Part shown: positions 7,917-17,298 of the stretch, in pieces | Position numbering within the stretch: the first letter of the stretch is position 1 | Layout: every line of letters starts with the position of its first letter | DNA from: an uncultured Thermodesulfobacteriota bacterium | GTDB lineage: Bacteria; Desulfobacterota; B13-G15; RBG-16-54-18 | Direction: 5' to 3' | NCBI GenBank assembly: GCA_964565525.1 | Contig: CAZMFG010000001.1 | Span: forward strand, 1-48,220 | DNA: 48,220 bases | Translations under genes and position numbers: made by a program | The notes under the pieces: model-generated | What the model was told of the DNA's origin: nothing | Database searches by the model: none | What the model saw: the letters and a program-made list of their open reading frames with translations, nothing else

Positions 7917-9152
7917 CCTCATCGCCTCCACCGGGCGCAGGCGCCGGACCTTCAGGGCCGGATAGAGTGCGGTCATCAAGGTAATGACCAGCACCAGACC
8001 CGCGCCGACGGCGATGGAAAGGGGTGAAAGCTGGGGATACATCCGTTCAGGCAACCCGTACTGACGCAACATCTCTGAGGTGCCGGAGATGACGATCCCA
8101 TGCACCTGGAAATACCAGGTCACCAGGCTGCCGGCGAGGATACCGAGAGCGGTGCCCAACAGGGTCAGGGTCGTCGATTCAAACAGCAGCAACCTGGTCA
8201 ACCGCCCCGGTGTCGTGCCCAGGGCCATAAAGACGCCGAACTCCCTGGTCCGCTCGAAGATGACCATGAGGAAGGTATTTAATATACTGAAGGCCACCAC
8301 GACGATTAAAATGATATAAAAGATGAACCCGCTGATCAGGTCCATTTTGATGCTCTGGATTAGGCCGGGCATGAGCTCCATCCAGTCCAAGACTACCAGT
8401 TTGTTCTCTTCGTCTATCGTCTTGAGACCGGCTGCAACGGCGCGTTTTACCCGCGGTACTGCCTCCAGGGATACACAGAGGGCAACCACCTCGTGGACAG
8501 CCCCCCTCATGCTATAGACCTCCTGAAAATAGGGGAGAGGCAAATAAATGAAGTTGCGATCGAATTCGTCCTGGCCGTACCGGAAGATCCCCTTGACCCG
8601 AACCACAGTGGCTGCGATGGAGCCGTCGCGCCCCTGACCCAGGAGGACCACCTCATCACCAACCCCTACGCGCAAATTCTTGGCCAGGAGCCCCCCCACC
8701 AAGGCTGCATTGGTATCTCCTTCGGTGAAATAGTGTCCCTCGCGGATCAATTGTTTAAGGGTGGTCACCTGCGTCTCCCTTACCGGATCAATCCCCCTCA
8801 CGGCAACCCCATAGGTCCGCTCTTTGGATGAGACGAGGGAGAAAGCGGTGGCTCGGGCGGTATGGGCGGTCACATCTGGAATGCCTTCCAGAATGCGAGT
8901 GACCGCAGTTGGATCGGACACCACGAGGTGCATGTCCTGTTGCTCGTGGTATCCCGCGGCCTGCACCTGCAGGTGCCCAGTGTGGACCTTTACCGCAGCA
9001 TTGATCATGGTGTCATAGGAGCCGAACTGCCACGACAACATAAAGACCAACAGCACGGTGGCGAAGGCGATGGCGGCCATGGTCAAGACGGCCCGCCTCG
9101 GGTGCCGCCAGATATTCCGCCACGCCATTGTGAGGTCCATGGACATGCGCAC
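7908..9152 (-). CDS. ABC transporter permease, FtsX/LolC-LolE-MacB type (copy 1)
   Basis: 414 aa with the same architecture as 6563..7798. FtsX-type motif FERTREFGVFMALGTTP. Its start abuts the stop of the LolA-like gene. Confidence 0.85.
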   Translation of the reverse strand: MRMSMDLTMAWRNIWRHPRRAVLTMAAIAFATVLLVFMLSWQFGSYDTMINAAVKVHTGHLQVQAAGYHEQQDMHLVVSDPTAVTRILEGIPDVTAHTARATAFSLVSSKERTYGVAVRGIDPVRETQVTTLKQLIREGHYFTEGDTNAALVGGLLAKNLRVGVGDEVVLLGQGRDGSIAATVVRVKGIFRYGQDEFDRNFIYLPLPYFQEVYSMRGAVHEVVALCVSLEAVPRVKRAVAAGLKTIDEENKLVVLDWMELMPGLIQSIKMDLISGFIFYIILIVVVAFSILNTFLMVIFERTREFGVFMALGTTPGRLTRLLLFESTTLTLLGTALGILAGSLVTWYFQVHGIVISGTSEMLRQYGLPERMYPQLSPLSIAVGAGLVLVITLMTALYPALKVRRLRPVEAMRAV

Positions 9153-9914
9153 CTACCGCCGGGGGTTCCGCAAGTTGGAAAGGGTAAAGAGGTTATCGGG
9201 CAGGTCATCCCTGAATTCGAGTTCCCGGTAGGTCAACTCGGTATACTCGTCCTCGACATCGGCCTTCTGCATCCTCCATACCGTGGGAAACAGCCTCCCC
9301 CCCATCATCTGGATCTGCGACCCGGTCATGGCCTTGACCAGGGTGAGGTCCTCATCGTAGAACTCCTCCTGCAATAGGATATGATCCTCCCTGATCTTGA
9401 GCCGCTGCATGCCCCACACCACCGGCGCAGCCGGCTTCGGCATCGATTTGATCACGTACACCTTCTTATCCTCATGGGTCTCGGTGTCCACCAGCGTATG
9501 GGTGTAGTCATCGAGGATACTGTCGGACTTGGCCAGGTCGTTATTGGAGAAGTCCGAGCCCATCCAGGCCTGGGACATCATGGAGGGGGGGATCTTGATC
9601 ACTCGATTGACCTTGGGGTTGTACATCCACATCTCCTTGCCCCGCTTGAGGGTGCCGTTGCCCTTGTCCTTGGAGGGGGCGATGATCACGATGAGGCTGT
9701 CGGATCGTCCTTCAGTCCAGGCCTCGATGGTCATGGGTCGCTCCCAATCCGGGCGATGTATGACCATTTCCACCACGGCGGCGGAGGCCTTGCCCCGCCA
9801 ATAATCGAAACCCGCCTGCACGATGGCCTGGGCATCTTGGGCCTTTGAGCTCGTGCCGGGACCGACACAGAAGAAAATGATTAGCCCGAAGACCAAGCAT
9901 GTCCTTTGCATCAT
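9153..9914 (-). CDS. Periplasmic LolA-like protein (outer membrane lipoprotein-sorting protein family)
   Basis: 253 aa with signal peptide MMQRTCLVFGLIIFFCVGPGTSSKAQD. The segment KEMWMYNPKVNRVIKIPPSMMSQAWMGSDFSNNDL matches the pattern I associate with LolA-like carrier proteins. First gene of the ABC cluster. Confidence 0.6.
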   Translation of the reverse strand: MMQRTCLVFGLIIFFCVGPGTSSKAQDAQAIVQAGFDYWRGKASAAVVEMVIHRPDWERPMTIEAWTEGRSDSLIVIIAPSKDKGNGTLKRGKEMWMYNPKVNRVIKIPPSMMSQAWMGSDFSNNDLAKSDSILDDYTHTLVDTETHEDKKVYVIKSMPKPAAPVVWGMQRLKIREDHILLQEEFYDEDLTLVKAMTGSQIQMMGGRLFPTVWRMQKADVEDEYTELTYRELEFRDDLPDNLFTLSNLRNPRR

Positions 9915-10140
9915 ATCACGCTCCTTGGCTACAATTTGAATATTGTACCTATATTAAAACGGTTTGAAAAGCACACAACGCTAAGAAATTATAATGTGGG
10001 GGTTAGAGATTGTAAGAAAACAACGAGAAAACCCTTGATTCTCCTAAGCCATACCCCATGCTTTTAATTTGACACCAAAGCGGTTTCTGCTAAGCTACCA
10101 AACATGAGTTGAAGCATATACCATAAACAAGGAGGATACG

Positions 10141-10863
10141 ATGGCAAAAAAACCGCATAAAACGGTCGTTTGCCAGATCTGCAAAAAACGAAAGGCGTTC
10201 AGCGAGGTGCTCCCAGGATCCTTGGTCCGCGATTCTGTGGTTGAGATCATTCGGAAACAACATTCCGATTGGTCCGCCAGCGGCTTTATCTGTCTCGATG
10301 ACCTGAATCACTTCAGAACGGAATATGTTCGCAACATCCTTGCAGCGGACAAGGGCGAGCTATCGACGCTGGAAGAGCAGGTTATGCAAAGCCTCACAGA
10401 GCAAGATATCCTGTCCAAGAACATTAACGTCGAGTTTGAGGGGCAGCTGACACTCGGGCAACGCATGGCAGATAGGATTGCCGAATTCGGCGGAAGCTGG
10501 CGTTTCATCTCCATCTTTGCTGCCGTGCTCCTGGTATGGATCGCCATTAACTCCATCGTGCTCATTTTGAAACCTTTCGACCCTTACCCTTTCATTCTTC
10601 TCAACCTGGTCCTCTCGTGTCTCGCTGCTATTCAAGCACCCATCATTATGATGAGCCAAAACCGCCAGGAGTCCAAGGATCGCCTGAGCGCCCAACACGA
10701 TTATCTGGTAAACCTCAAGGCGGAATTAGAGATCCGTCATCTGCACGAAAAAATGGACCACCTCCTTATGCATCAGTGGCAGAGGCTTTTGGAGATCCAG
10801 GAGATCCAAACGGAGTTGATGGAGGGGCTCGCCCTCAAGACGCCGCGCGGACGCAATGTCTGA
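10141..10863 (+). CDS. DUF1003 family membrane protein with N-terminal CxxC zinc-ribbon-like segment
   Basis: 240 aa. FGGSWRFISIFAAVLLVWIAIN...FDPYPFILLNLVLSCLAAIQAPIIMMSQNRQESKDRLSAQHDYLVNLKAELEI is the DUF1003 core as I remember it. N-terminus has VVCQICKKRK. A good GGAGGA RBS precedes the ATG. Confidence 0.7.
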   Translation: MAKKPHKTVVCQICKKRKAFSEVLPGSLVRDSVVEIIRKQHSDWSASGFICLDDLNHFRTEYVRNILAADKGELSTLEEQVMQSLTEQDILSKNINVEFEGQLTLGQRMADRIAEFGGSWRFISIFAAVLLVWIAINSIVLILKPFDPYPFILLNLVLSCLAAIQAPIIMMSQNRQESKDRLSAQHDYLVNLKAELEIRHLHEKMDHLLMHQWQRLLEIQEIQTELMEGLALKTPRGRNV

Positions 10864-10961
10864 GGGCATAAAGACGAGTGTAATGCACGGGAGCGGTTTC
10901 GGGCACTTACAACGGCGCGAGATCCTCTGCGCCAATCGCCGCCGCTTCCTTGTTGCATAGT

Positions 10962-11555
10962 TTACGGATCAGGCGATAATTCTACCCGATCGGCTCTCTT
11001 TTTCTTATAATGATAACGGTGTAACGCCCACAGCAACAAGCCGATGATAACCATTGCCCCGAGAATAATGACTTCATAGTGTTTGATGTCACCGAGTATG
11101 ACCTCCAGCGTATGACCAAAGAGGTATCCGCCGGTCCCGACGACGACGGCCCACACAAAGGCCGCAATGACATCCAAGATGATAAATGTTCTTCTCGACA
11201 CAGAACTCATACCAAATAAAAAAGGTATGATCGTACGCATCCCGTACATAAATCGAAATCCCAGGAGCAGGGGGGTTCGAAACCGTTCCAGGAGCCGATG
11301 GGCCCAATCAATACGGGCCTTCCACAAGGGAAATTTGTCCAGCACCCACTGGGTATGCTTGCGACCGAGATAAAAAAACAACTGGTCACCGCAGAGGCTG
11401 CCGATAAAGGCAGCCAGTATTACCCAGGGCAAGGCCAAATAGCCGCGCTGGGCGGCAAATCCTCCCAACACCAAGATGGTCTCTCCCTCGGTAAAGGTGC
11501 CTACTAAAACAGCCCAATAACCGTAAGTTTCCAGGAAGGATTGGAAGGGAATCAT
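10962..11555 (-). CDS. DedA family membrane protein (paralog 1)
   Basis: 197 aa. YGYWAVLVGTFTEGETILVLGGFAAQRGYL...GDQLFFYLGR...FRFMYGMRTIIPF is the SNARE-associated/DedA pattern. Confidence 0.85.
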   Translation of the reverse strand: MIPFQSFLETYGYWAVLVGTFTEGETILVLGGFAAQRGYLALPWVILAAFIGSLCGDQLFFYLGRKHTQWVLDKFPLWKARIDWAHRLLERFRTPLLLGFRFMYGMRTIIPFLFGMSSVSRRTFIILDVIAAFVWAVVVGTGGYLFGHTLEVILGDIKHYEVIILGAMVIIGLLLWALHRYHYKKKRADRVELSPDP

Positions 11556-11976
11556 GGATTGGTGGGCATCTGCAGGGGGGAAATTACAGGGGCCATAGGA
11601 AGGTCACTTCCTCCCCAGTGCCGATATGCTCCTCATGTATTGTGTCACGCGTCCATCTCTCAAGGTAAGGAAGTATACCATTTCGAGCATCAATAGCAAA
11701 GTACTTTTATCAAGGATTGACGCCGGGTACCGGATAAAAATAAATTGACACTATCAGGAGTAGTCTCTTAGAATAAGGGGGGTGGCGGACCCCGTGGTAT
11801 CGCAATTGCCAGGCGATCCAGATTACCAGAGAGAGCTTCTTGATTATCCTCCTGGTCGGCTTTCAGGTAGCAACCAGTCTGAGCGAGATATGTCGTCATG
11901 AATAGGTGGAATCCATATATAGTTTCAAAAAACCGTTGATTTCTTCCTCTCGTGACCGAGAAAGGCGGAGAACCGG

Positions 11977-13074
11977 ATGGAACAAGGGAAAAAAGGGTAT
12001 TCATTCAATCGGGTAATCACCTCCGTTGATGAACACCCGCATATCTATATCGTCCCCACCTCTGAGAGGGGAGGGGCCTCAGAGGAACCAGCCCCTCCTG
12101 AAACGGGGCGGTCAGCAAAGGTACGGGGAAAAGCTCAAGAGCCCTCTGTGTCATTCTTCGGCCATCACATAGGCACCCTCCTCACCCCCGGCAAAGCCGA
12201 AAAGGATAAATTTTCCCCCATCGAAAAGGAGCTTGACTCGAGCCTCGATGTTATTCGCAACAAATTCCAGAGGATACAAGCTTCCCATACCCTGCAAGGA
12301 GAGAGGATATCAGAGGAAGAAATAAAGCACCGGCGCTTTATCGATGAACGAAACAGGGCGCAAGAGGAACTCTTCGACGATATTATCCGCTCTCACCGTG
12401 AATTCGGGACCAGCCTCACGGCGGACGATCTGTGGTCGCTCCATGACGTGTTGCACAAGGAGGCCGACCACGAGGCAACGTGCTCCAAGGAGACATCGTT
12501 TCATGAACATATCGAATGCAATCTCCTGAGTTTTTTGCGGGGGAAAGCCGGAGAGCAGGCCTGGCAGCAGGTGGAGGGCTCTAGTGCTCGATCGCATACT
12601 CCCTTCCCCATCCCCTCTTCCATGATAGATCATGCAGAACCGGAGCGCACGGAACAGATCAGGAAAGAAAGAAAAAAGCAGGCCCGGGACGACCTTTTAA
12701 AGATGCCTGCCCCCCAATTGGCCGAGTTGATTTTGGGCAATGTCCCTGTGTGGGTCTATTCATACCCGACGAAAGATACCTATCTGTGGCACTTGACGGT
12801 CCTCCAGGGGGTCGCGGCGGGATTGGCAGCACAATTCCTCATGGAGTACCTTGCCATCTGGGAAAAGAACTCCGCTGAAATTCTCAAAAAAATTCAGAAA
12901 GAGTTCATGGATGAGATTAGGGAACTTCGACAGCGAGGTGAGTCAGCGGCAGATATATCCAAAGCCTTCTCTGTGTCCATGGAACTTCAGCGGATTAGCA
13001 GGGAAGAGATACCTGAATACATCTGGAAGTATATCTCCTCGAAGCTGAAAACGCCGCGAGGACGAGACCACTAA
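11977..13074 (+). CDS. Hypothetical protein (no recognisable domain)
   Basis: 365-aa ORF. GGAG lies 7 nt upstream of the ATG. The N-terminal third is charged and low-complexity. The C-terminal part has a hydrophobic/amphipathic stretch (LTVLQGVAAGLAAQFLMEYLAIW). I recognise no family. Confidence 0.55.
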   Translation: MEQGKKGYSFNRVITSVDEHPHIYIVPTSERGGASEEPAPPETGRSAKVRGKAQEPSVSFFGHHIGTLLTPGKAEKDKFSPIEKELDSSLDVIRNKFQRIQASHTLQGERISEEEIKHRRFIDERNRAQEELFDDIIRSHREFGTSLTADDLWSLHDVLHKEADHEATCSKETSFHEHIECNLLSFLRGKAGEQAWQQVEGSSARSHTPFPIPSSMIDHAEPERTEQIRKERKKQARDDLLKMPAPQLAELILGNVPVWVYSYPTKDTYLWHLTVLQGVAAGLAAQFLMEYLAIWEKNSAEILKKIQKEFMDEIRELRQRGESAADISKAFSVSMELQRISREEIPEYIWKYISSKLKTPRGRDH

Positions 13075-13159
13075 CCGCTCCTTTCCACATTCCCTCAGAC
13101 GAGCAGTCGCTTGTCTCTGTCAAAACTTTCTTCAGGGCTTCGCGTCCATACAGGGGTCA

Positions 13160-13786
13160 TTAGGTCAATCGCATCCCTACAATCTTGTTCCTTCCCTTAC
13201 GAACCCTGCGATGATTCAACGTCATTGTTTTAAGTCTTCTGCGCCGATACAAATGCATAAACCAGAGCATCGCACCTATAATAACAACGACACCCAGTAC
13301 TTCGAGTTCATAGTGTTTGATGTCCCCAATAATAATCTCCAGTGCATGGCCAAAGAAATAACCCCCAACGCCCATCGCCAGTGCCCAAGCGAAGGCGCTC
13401 ACGACGTTGAGCATAATGAATATTATGGTAGGTACTCGACTCATGCCAATTACGAAGGGGGTCACCGTCCGCAGTCCGTACATGAAGCGGAAAGAGATAA
13501 TCACCATTGTACGGTAACGTTCTAGCAGCCTCTGCGCTTTATTGACACGCGCTTGCCAGCGCGGATGTTTGGCCAGCATGCCGTGGCTGTGCCACCGACC
13601 GAGATAAAAATAGAGCTGGTCTCCAAATAGCGTTCCGGCAAATGCAGCTAGAATTACCCACGGCAACTGTAAATATCCTTGGTGTGCCGCAAGCCCACTG
13701 AGAATAAGAACGGTCTCACCCTCGAGGAACGTGCCAACGAAGATGGCTACATAGCCATAGGTCTGAATGAGAGATTCTATCGTCAT
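13160..13786 (-). CDS. DedA family membrane protein (paralog 2)
   Basis: 208 aa. YGYVAIFVGTFLEGETVLILSGLAAHQGYL...GDQLYFYLGR...FRFMYGLRTVTPF. By eye it is roughly 55-60% identical to 10962..11555. Confidence 0.85.
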   Translation of the reverse strand: MTIESLIQTYGYVAIFVGTFLEGETVLILSGLAAHQGYLQLPWVILAAFAGTLFGDQLYFYLGRWHSHGMLAKHPRWQARVNKAQRLLERYRTMVIISFRFMYGLRTVTPFVIGMSRVPTIIFIMLNVVSAFAWALAMGVGGYFFGHALEIIIGDIKHYELEVLGVVVIIGAMLWFMHLYRRRRLKTMTLNHRRVRKGRNKIVGMRLT

Positions 13787-13873
13787 GGAGGACGTCTTAA
13801 CGTGGTCTTTGTTATCTCTTCCCTGAATGTCTTACTACAATGACTAGCTGGCCATCAGCGTCAAGGTCTCCAG

Positions 13874-15772
13874 TTACATCTCAACCTGTGCGCCGATTTC
13901 TATCGCCCGGTTTGGGGGTATGCCGAAGTGTAGGGTCGCTTGTTCTGCGTTCCGTGACAGAATAGCAAACAGCCGCTTGCGCCAGGAGAACATTCCACCC
14001 GAGCGGCTCAATACCAACGTCTCACGACCTAAAAAGAAGGTCGTCTCCATGGGTTTGTACTCCATCCCATGCCGTTCTGCGTACCGGAGGATCGTCGGAA
14101 CGTTCGGCGTCTCCATGAAGCCGTAGTGGGCAATGATCCGGAAGAAGTTCGGAGCAAGCTCGTGGATTTCGAGCATCTCGGACCATGGAATCCTTGGAAC
14201 TTCCTCGGCAATGAGCGTCAACAATATGACTCGCTCGTGCAGGACATGATTGTGCTTCAGGTTGTGAAGCAGGGTGCGGGGGATACCAGCAGAGTTGCTA
14301 TCCATAAAAACCGCGGTCCCCGGTGATCGAAGGGGCGGATGGTCCGTTAAATCTCTCAGCAACACGTCGACCGATATCTGTTCCTTGCGAAACCACTCTC
14401 TGAGAAGGGTCCTGCCTCGCTTCCACGTGGTGAACAAGACATAGACAAGAGCAGCAATGGCAAGGGGAACCCAGGCCCCTTGTCCGATCTTCGGGATGTT
14501 CGCCGCAAAAAAAGTGAGATCGACAACGAGGAGACACCCCGCTAGGGCCGCGGCCTTCGGCATGCTCCAACCCCAACATATACGCATACAGGCGAACGCT
14601 AAGATAGTGGTCAAGACCATCGTCGTCACGACGGCAACGCCGTACGCGCCCGCCAGGTTAGCGGATGAGCGGAAACCGAGTACCAGTCCCACCGTCCCCC
14701 CCAAGAGGATCCAATTCACCCAGGGTACATAGACCTGTCCGATCTCTTCAGGGGAAGAGTGGCGTATTTCCAGCCGAGGCACATACCCGAGCTGCATGGC
14801 TTGACGGGTCAGCGAGTATGCGCCGGAAATGATTGCCTGCGAGGCGATAACCGTTGCCGCCGTCGCAAGGCATACGAGGGGATAAAACCCCCAGGGAGGC
14901 GCGAGATAATAGAAGGGGCTGGCCAAGGCCTCAGGCCTGCGGAGCAGCAGGGCCCCCTGCCCGAAGTAATTGAGCAGCAACGCAGGCAGCACCACCGCGA
15001 ACCAACCCATCCTAATGGGCCTCTTGCCAAAATGCCCCATGTCAGCATAGAGAGCCTCCCCCCCCGTTACCACAAGAAACACCGCACCGAGCACGAAAAG
15101 GCCCGTAAACCGATTCCTCATAAAAAACTCTATCGCATACAGCGGGTTGATGGAGGTGAGGACTTCGGGGACGACCACGATCCACCGTGCGCCAAGAACG
15201 GCGAGCACACAGAACCAGAGAAACATGAGGGGCCCGAATACCGCACCCACGGCCCCGGTACCCCGCCGCTGGAAGAAAAACAGGGCACAGAGGATTGTGA
15301 TAGTTACGGGGATTACATAACGGTCGAAGAGGGGGGTGGCCACCGTGAGCCCCTCGACCGCACTGAGGACCGAGATGGCAGGCGTGATCATCCCATCGCC
15401 GTAGAGGAGGGCGGCTCCGAAGATACCGATGCCGAGCAGAACTCGACGGTACCGCACCCTGTTCCTTTTCTGGGAAACGATGAGCGCGAGCAAGGCGAGG
15501 ATGCCGCCTTCTCCATGGTTGTCCGCGCGCATCATAAAAGTCACATACTTAAAAGAGATAATAATCATAAGCGCCCAGAAAATGAGCGAGAGGACACCGA
15601 GGACATTTCCCTGACTGATGGCGATGCCGTATTCTGTAGAGAAGCATTGGCGAAGCGCATAGAGGGGGCTCGTCCCGATGTCCCCAAAGACAACGCCGAG
15701 CGCACCGATCGCCAGCGCGCGCGTCTTATCAGAATTGGGTTCTGCGGGTGTGAAGTTTTTATGGGCTGTCAT
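13874..15772 (-). CDS. kup: KUP/HAK/KT-family potassium uptake protein
   Basis: 632 aa. N-terminal signature ALGVVFGDIGTSPLYAL, about 12 hydrophobic segments, and a C-terminal cytoplasmic domain ending ..FGIPPNRAIEIGAQVEM, as in Kup. Confidence 0.95.
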   Translation of the reverse strand: MTAHKNFTPAEPNSDKTRALAIGALGVVFGDIGTSPLYALRQCFSTEYGIAISQGNVLGVLSLIFWALMIIISFKYVTFMMRADNHGEGGILALLALIVSQKRNRVRYRRVLLGIGIFGAALLYGDGMITPAISVLSAVEGLTVATPLFDRYVIPVTITILCALFFFQRRGTGAVGAVFGPLMFLWFCVLAVLGARWIVVVPEVLTSINPLYAIEFFMRNRFTGLFVLGAVFLVVTGGEALYADMGHFGKRPIRMGWFAVVLPALLLNYFGQGALLLRRPEALASPFYYLAPPWGFYPLVCLATAATVIASQAIISGAYSLTRQAMQLGYVPRLEIRHSSPEEIGQVYVPWVNWILLGGTVGLVLGFRSSANLAGAYGVAVVTTMVLTTILAFACMRICWGWSMPKAAALAGCLLVVDLTFFAANIPKIGQGAWVPLAIAALVYVLFTTWKRGRTLLREWFRKEQISVDVLLRDLTDHPPLRSPGTAVFMDSNSAGIPRTLLHNLKHNHVLHERVILLTLIAEEVPRIPWSEMLEIHELAPNFFRIIAHYGFMETPNVPTILRYAERHGMEYKPMETTFFLGRETLVLSRSGGMFSWRKRLFAILSRNAEQATLHFGIPPNRAIEIGAQVEM

Positions 15773-15962
15773 GGTATCGCTGCAACCGGATTCTGCTGAT
15801 CGTGGACGCGGTCTTGTATCCTACAACCAAAATCAGCGATGCAGTGTATATAATGCACGCTACATTTAGTATTTTGGGCATCCATAGTTGAAGTCCTACA
15901 GTGATGAAAACAGAGGACAAGCTAGTATGCTGCATATTGAGGCGAATGGCAACATATTTCAT

Positions 15963-17270
15963 TCAATCTTCAATATCACGCTCAAGCAAAGGTCGGATTT
16001 CCCTCCCGGTAACCACTCGGTAAGCCGTTTCTATTATGAAGGCCAATCCAATCATAATCACCAGCAACCATAGTTCTCTCGGTGATATTCTCGCCCTCTG
16101 CCAGATTAATGCACCCAAAGCACTCAGGCAGACAATAACACCAAAAACAGCTATCCACCTATGACTTTCGGTTTTTGCGCACAGCCGAACGTTAGCACCA
16201 TTCACGCCTGCAAAGATAAGCAAAAAGCCGGCACTCCCCATCATGGCAATGCTGGAGAGGTCAAACAGATTAGCAATTAATAACGTTAGGCCGGAGGTAA
16301 CGAACAAGCCTTCGATAGGGCGATTCCAAATCTTTCTTTCCAGCATCTCCGGCAGTTCTCCGTCTTTAGCAATGATATAGCTGATGCGGGAAGCGCCATA
16401 GAGCGTGGCATTGATTGCAGAGCCCGTCGAAAGAAGTGCCGCAATTGCTATGAGCGTAAAACCAACACCGCCTAGAAAAGGTTGAGCACCAACCGCAAGC
16501 GCGTAATCCTTAGCCGCTATAATGTTAGGTATGGGTAGATTGCCCACAACCACTGCGGAGACGAGGACATACAGGGCGATGACAAATCCGACTGCCGAAT
16601 AATAAGCACGGGGCAGTATGTTTATGGAATTTTTCACATCCTCGGCCGTATTGGCGATGAGCTCAAATCCCTCGTAGGCCAAGAAAATGATCATCCCCCC
16701 GGCGAGCAGCTGCATGGGGCTGGTCCACGTCGCTGGGGTGAGTTGCTGAACCTTAACACTCCATAACCCTGCCCCAATGAAAAACAGCAAAATTGCAACC
16801 TTGATCCCGACGATCCATTCTTCAGATTCTCCCACGGCCTTGGAACCTACAATATTTAAAGCGGTGAGTAAGATAACGACACCACTGATGAATATGTGCT
16901 TCCAAAGCGGCTGGGTAGAGAGGGGGAAGAAACTCGCACCATAGCTGCCAAAGGCATACGCATACAGAGAGAGCATCACAACGTAACTCAACCAGAGCAG
17001 TACGTTAAGCCCTCCGGTGAACACCCCTGACCCGAATGCCTGATTTAAGAATTCAACGGTTCCTCCCTGGCTTGGATAGGTAATCGATAATCGAGCATAT
17101 GAATAGGAGGTAATCAAAGCAACCATACCTGCCAGGGCGAACGCGATCGAGGTGCCGCCTCTCGCAAGCTGTACGGCTAAACCCAGTACGGCAAAGATGC
17201 CACCCCCCACCATGCCCCCGATACCAATGGCGACGACGGACCAGTATCCTAAGGGTTTGTTATTGCCCAT
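15963..17270 (-). CDS. APC-superfamily amino acid/polyamine permease
   Basis: 435 aa and highly hydrophobic throughout. N-terminal GIGGMVGGGIFAVLG glycine-rich motif is typical of APC transporters. Substrate cannot be inferred. Confidence 0.8.
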   Translation of the reverse strand: MGNNKPLGYWSVVAIGIGGMVGGGIFAVLGLAVQLARGGTSIAFALAGMVALITSYSYARLSITYPSQGGTVEFLNQAFGSGVFTGGLNVLLWLSYVVMLSLYAYAFGSYGASFFPLSTQPLWKHIFISGVVILLTALNIVGSKAVGESEEWIVGIKVAILLFFIGAGLWSVKVQQLTPATWTSPMQLLAGGMIIFLAYEGFELIANTAEDVKNSINILPRAYYSAVGFVIALYVLVSAVVVGNLPIPNIIAAKDYALAVGAQPFLGGVGFTLIAIAALLSTGSAINATLYGASRISYIIAKDGELPEMLERKIWNRPIEGLFVTSGLTLLIANLFDLSSIAMMGSAGFLLIFAGVNGANVRLCAKTESHRWIAVFGVIVCLSALGALIWQRARISPRELWLLVIMIGLAFIIETAYRVVTGREIRPLLERDIED

Positions 17271-17298
17271 TTCAACTCAATCCGATGGTCTCTGCGTC

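Noticed and set aside
11768-12004. 78-aa minus-strand ORF in the DedA-1/orphan spacer.
   Set aside because: It overlaps the start of the plus-strand 365-aa gene, has no RBS, and has no recognisable sequence features. It is probably a chance ORF.
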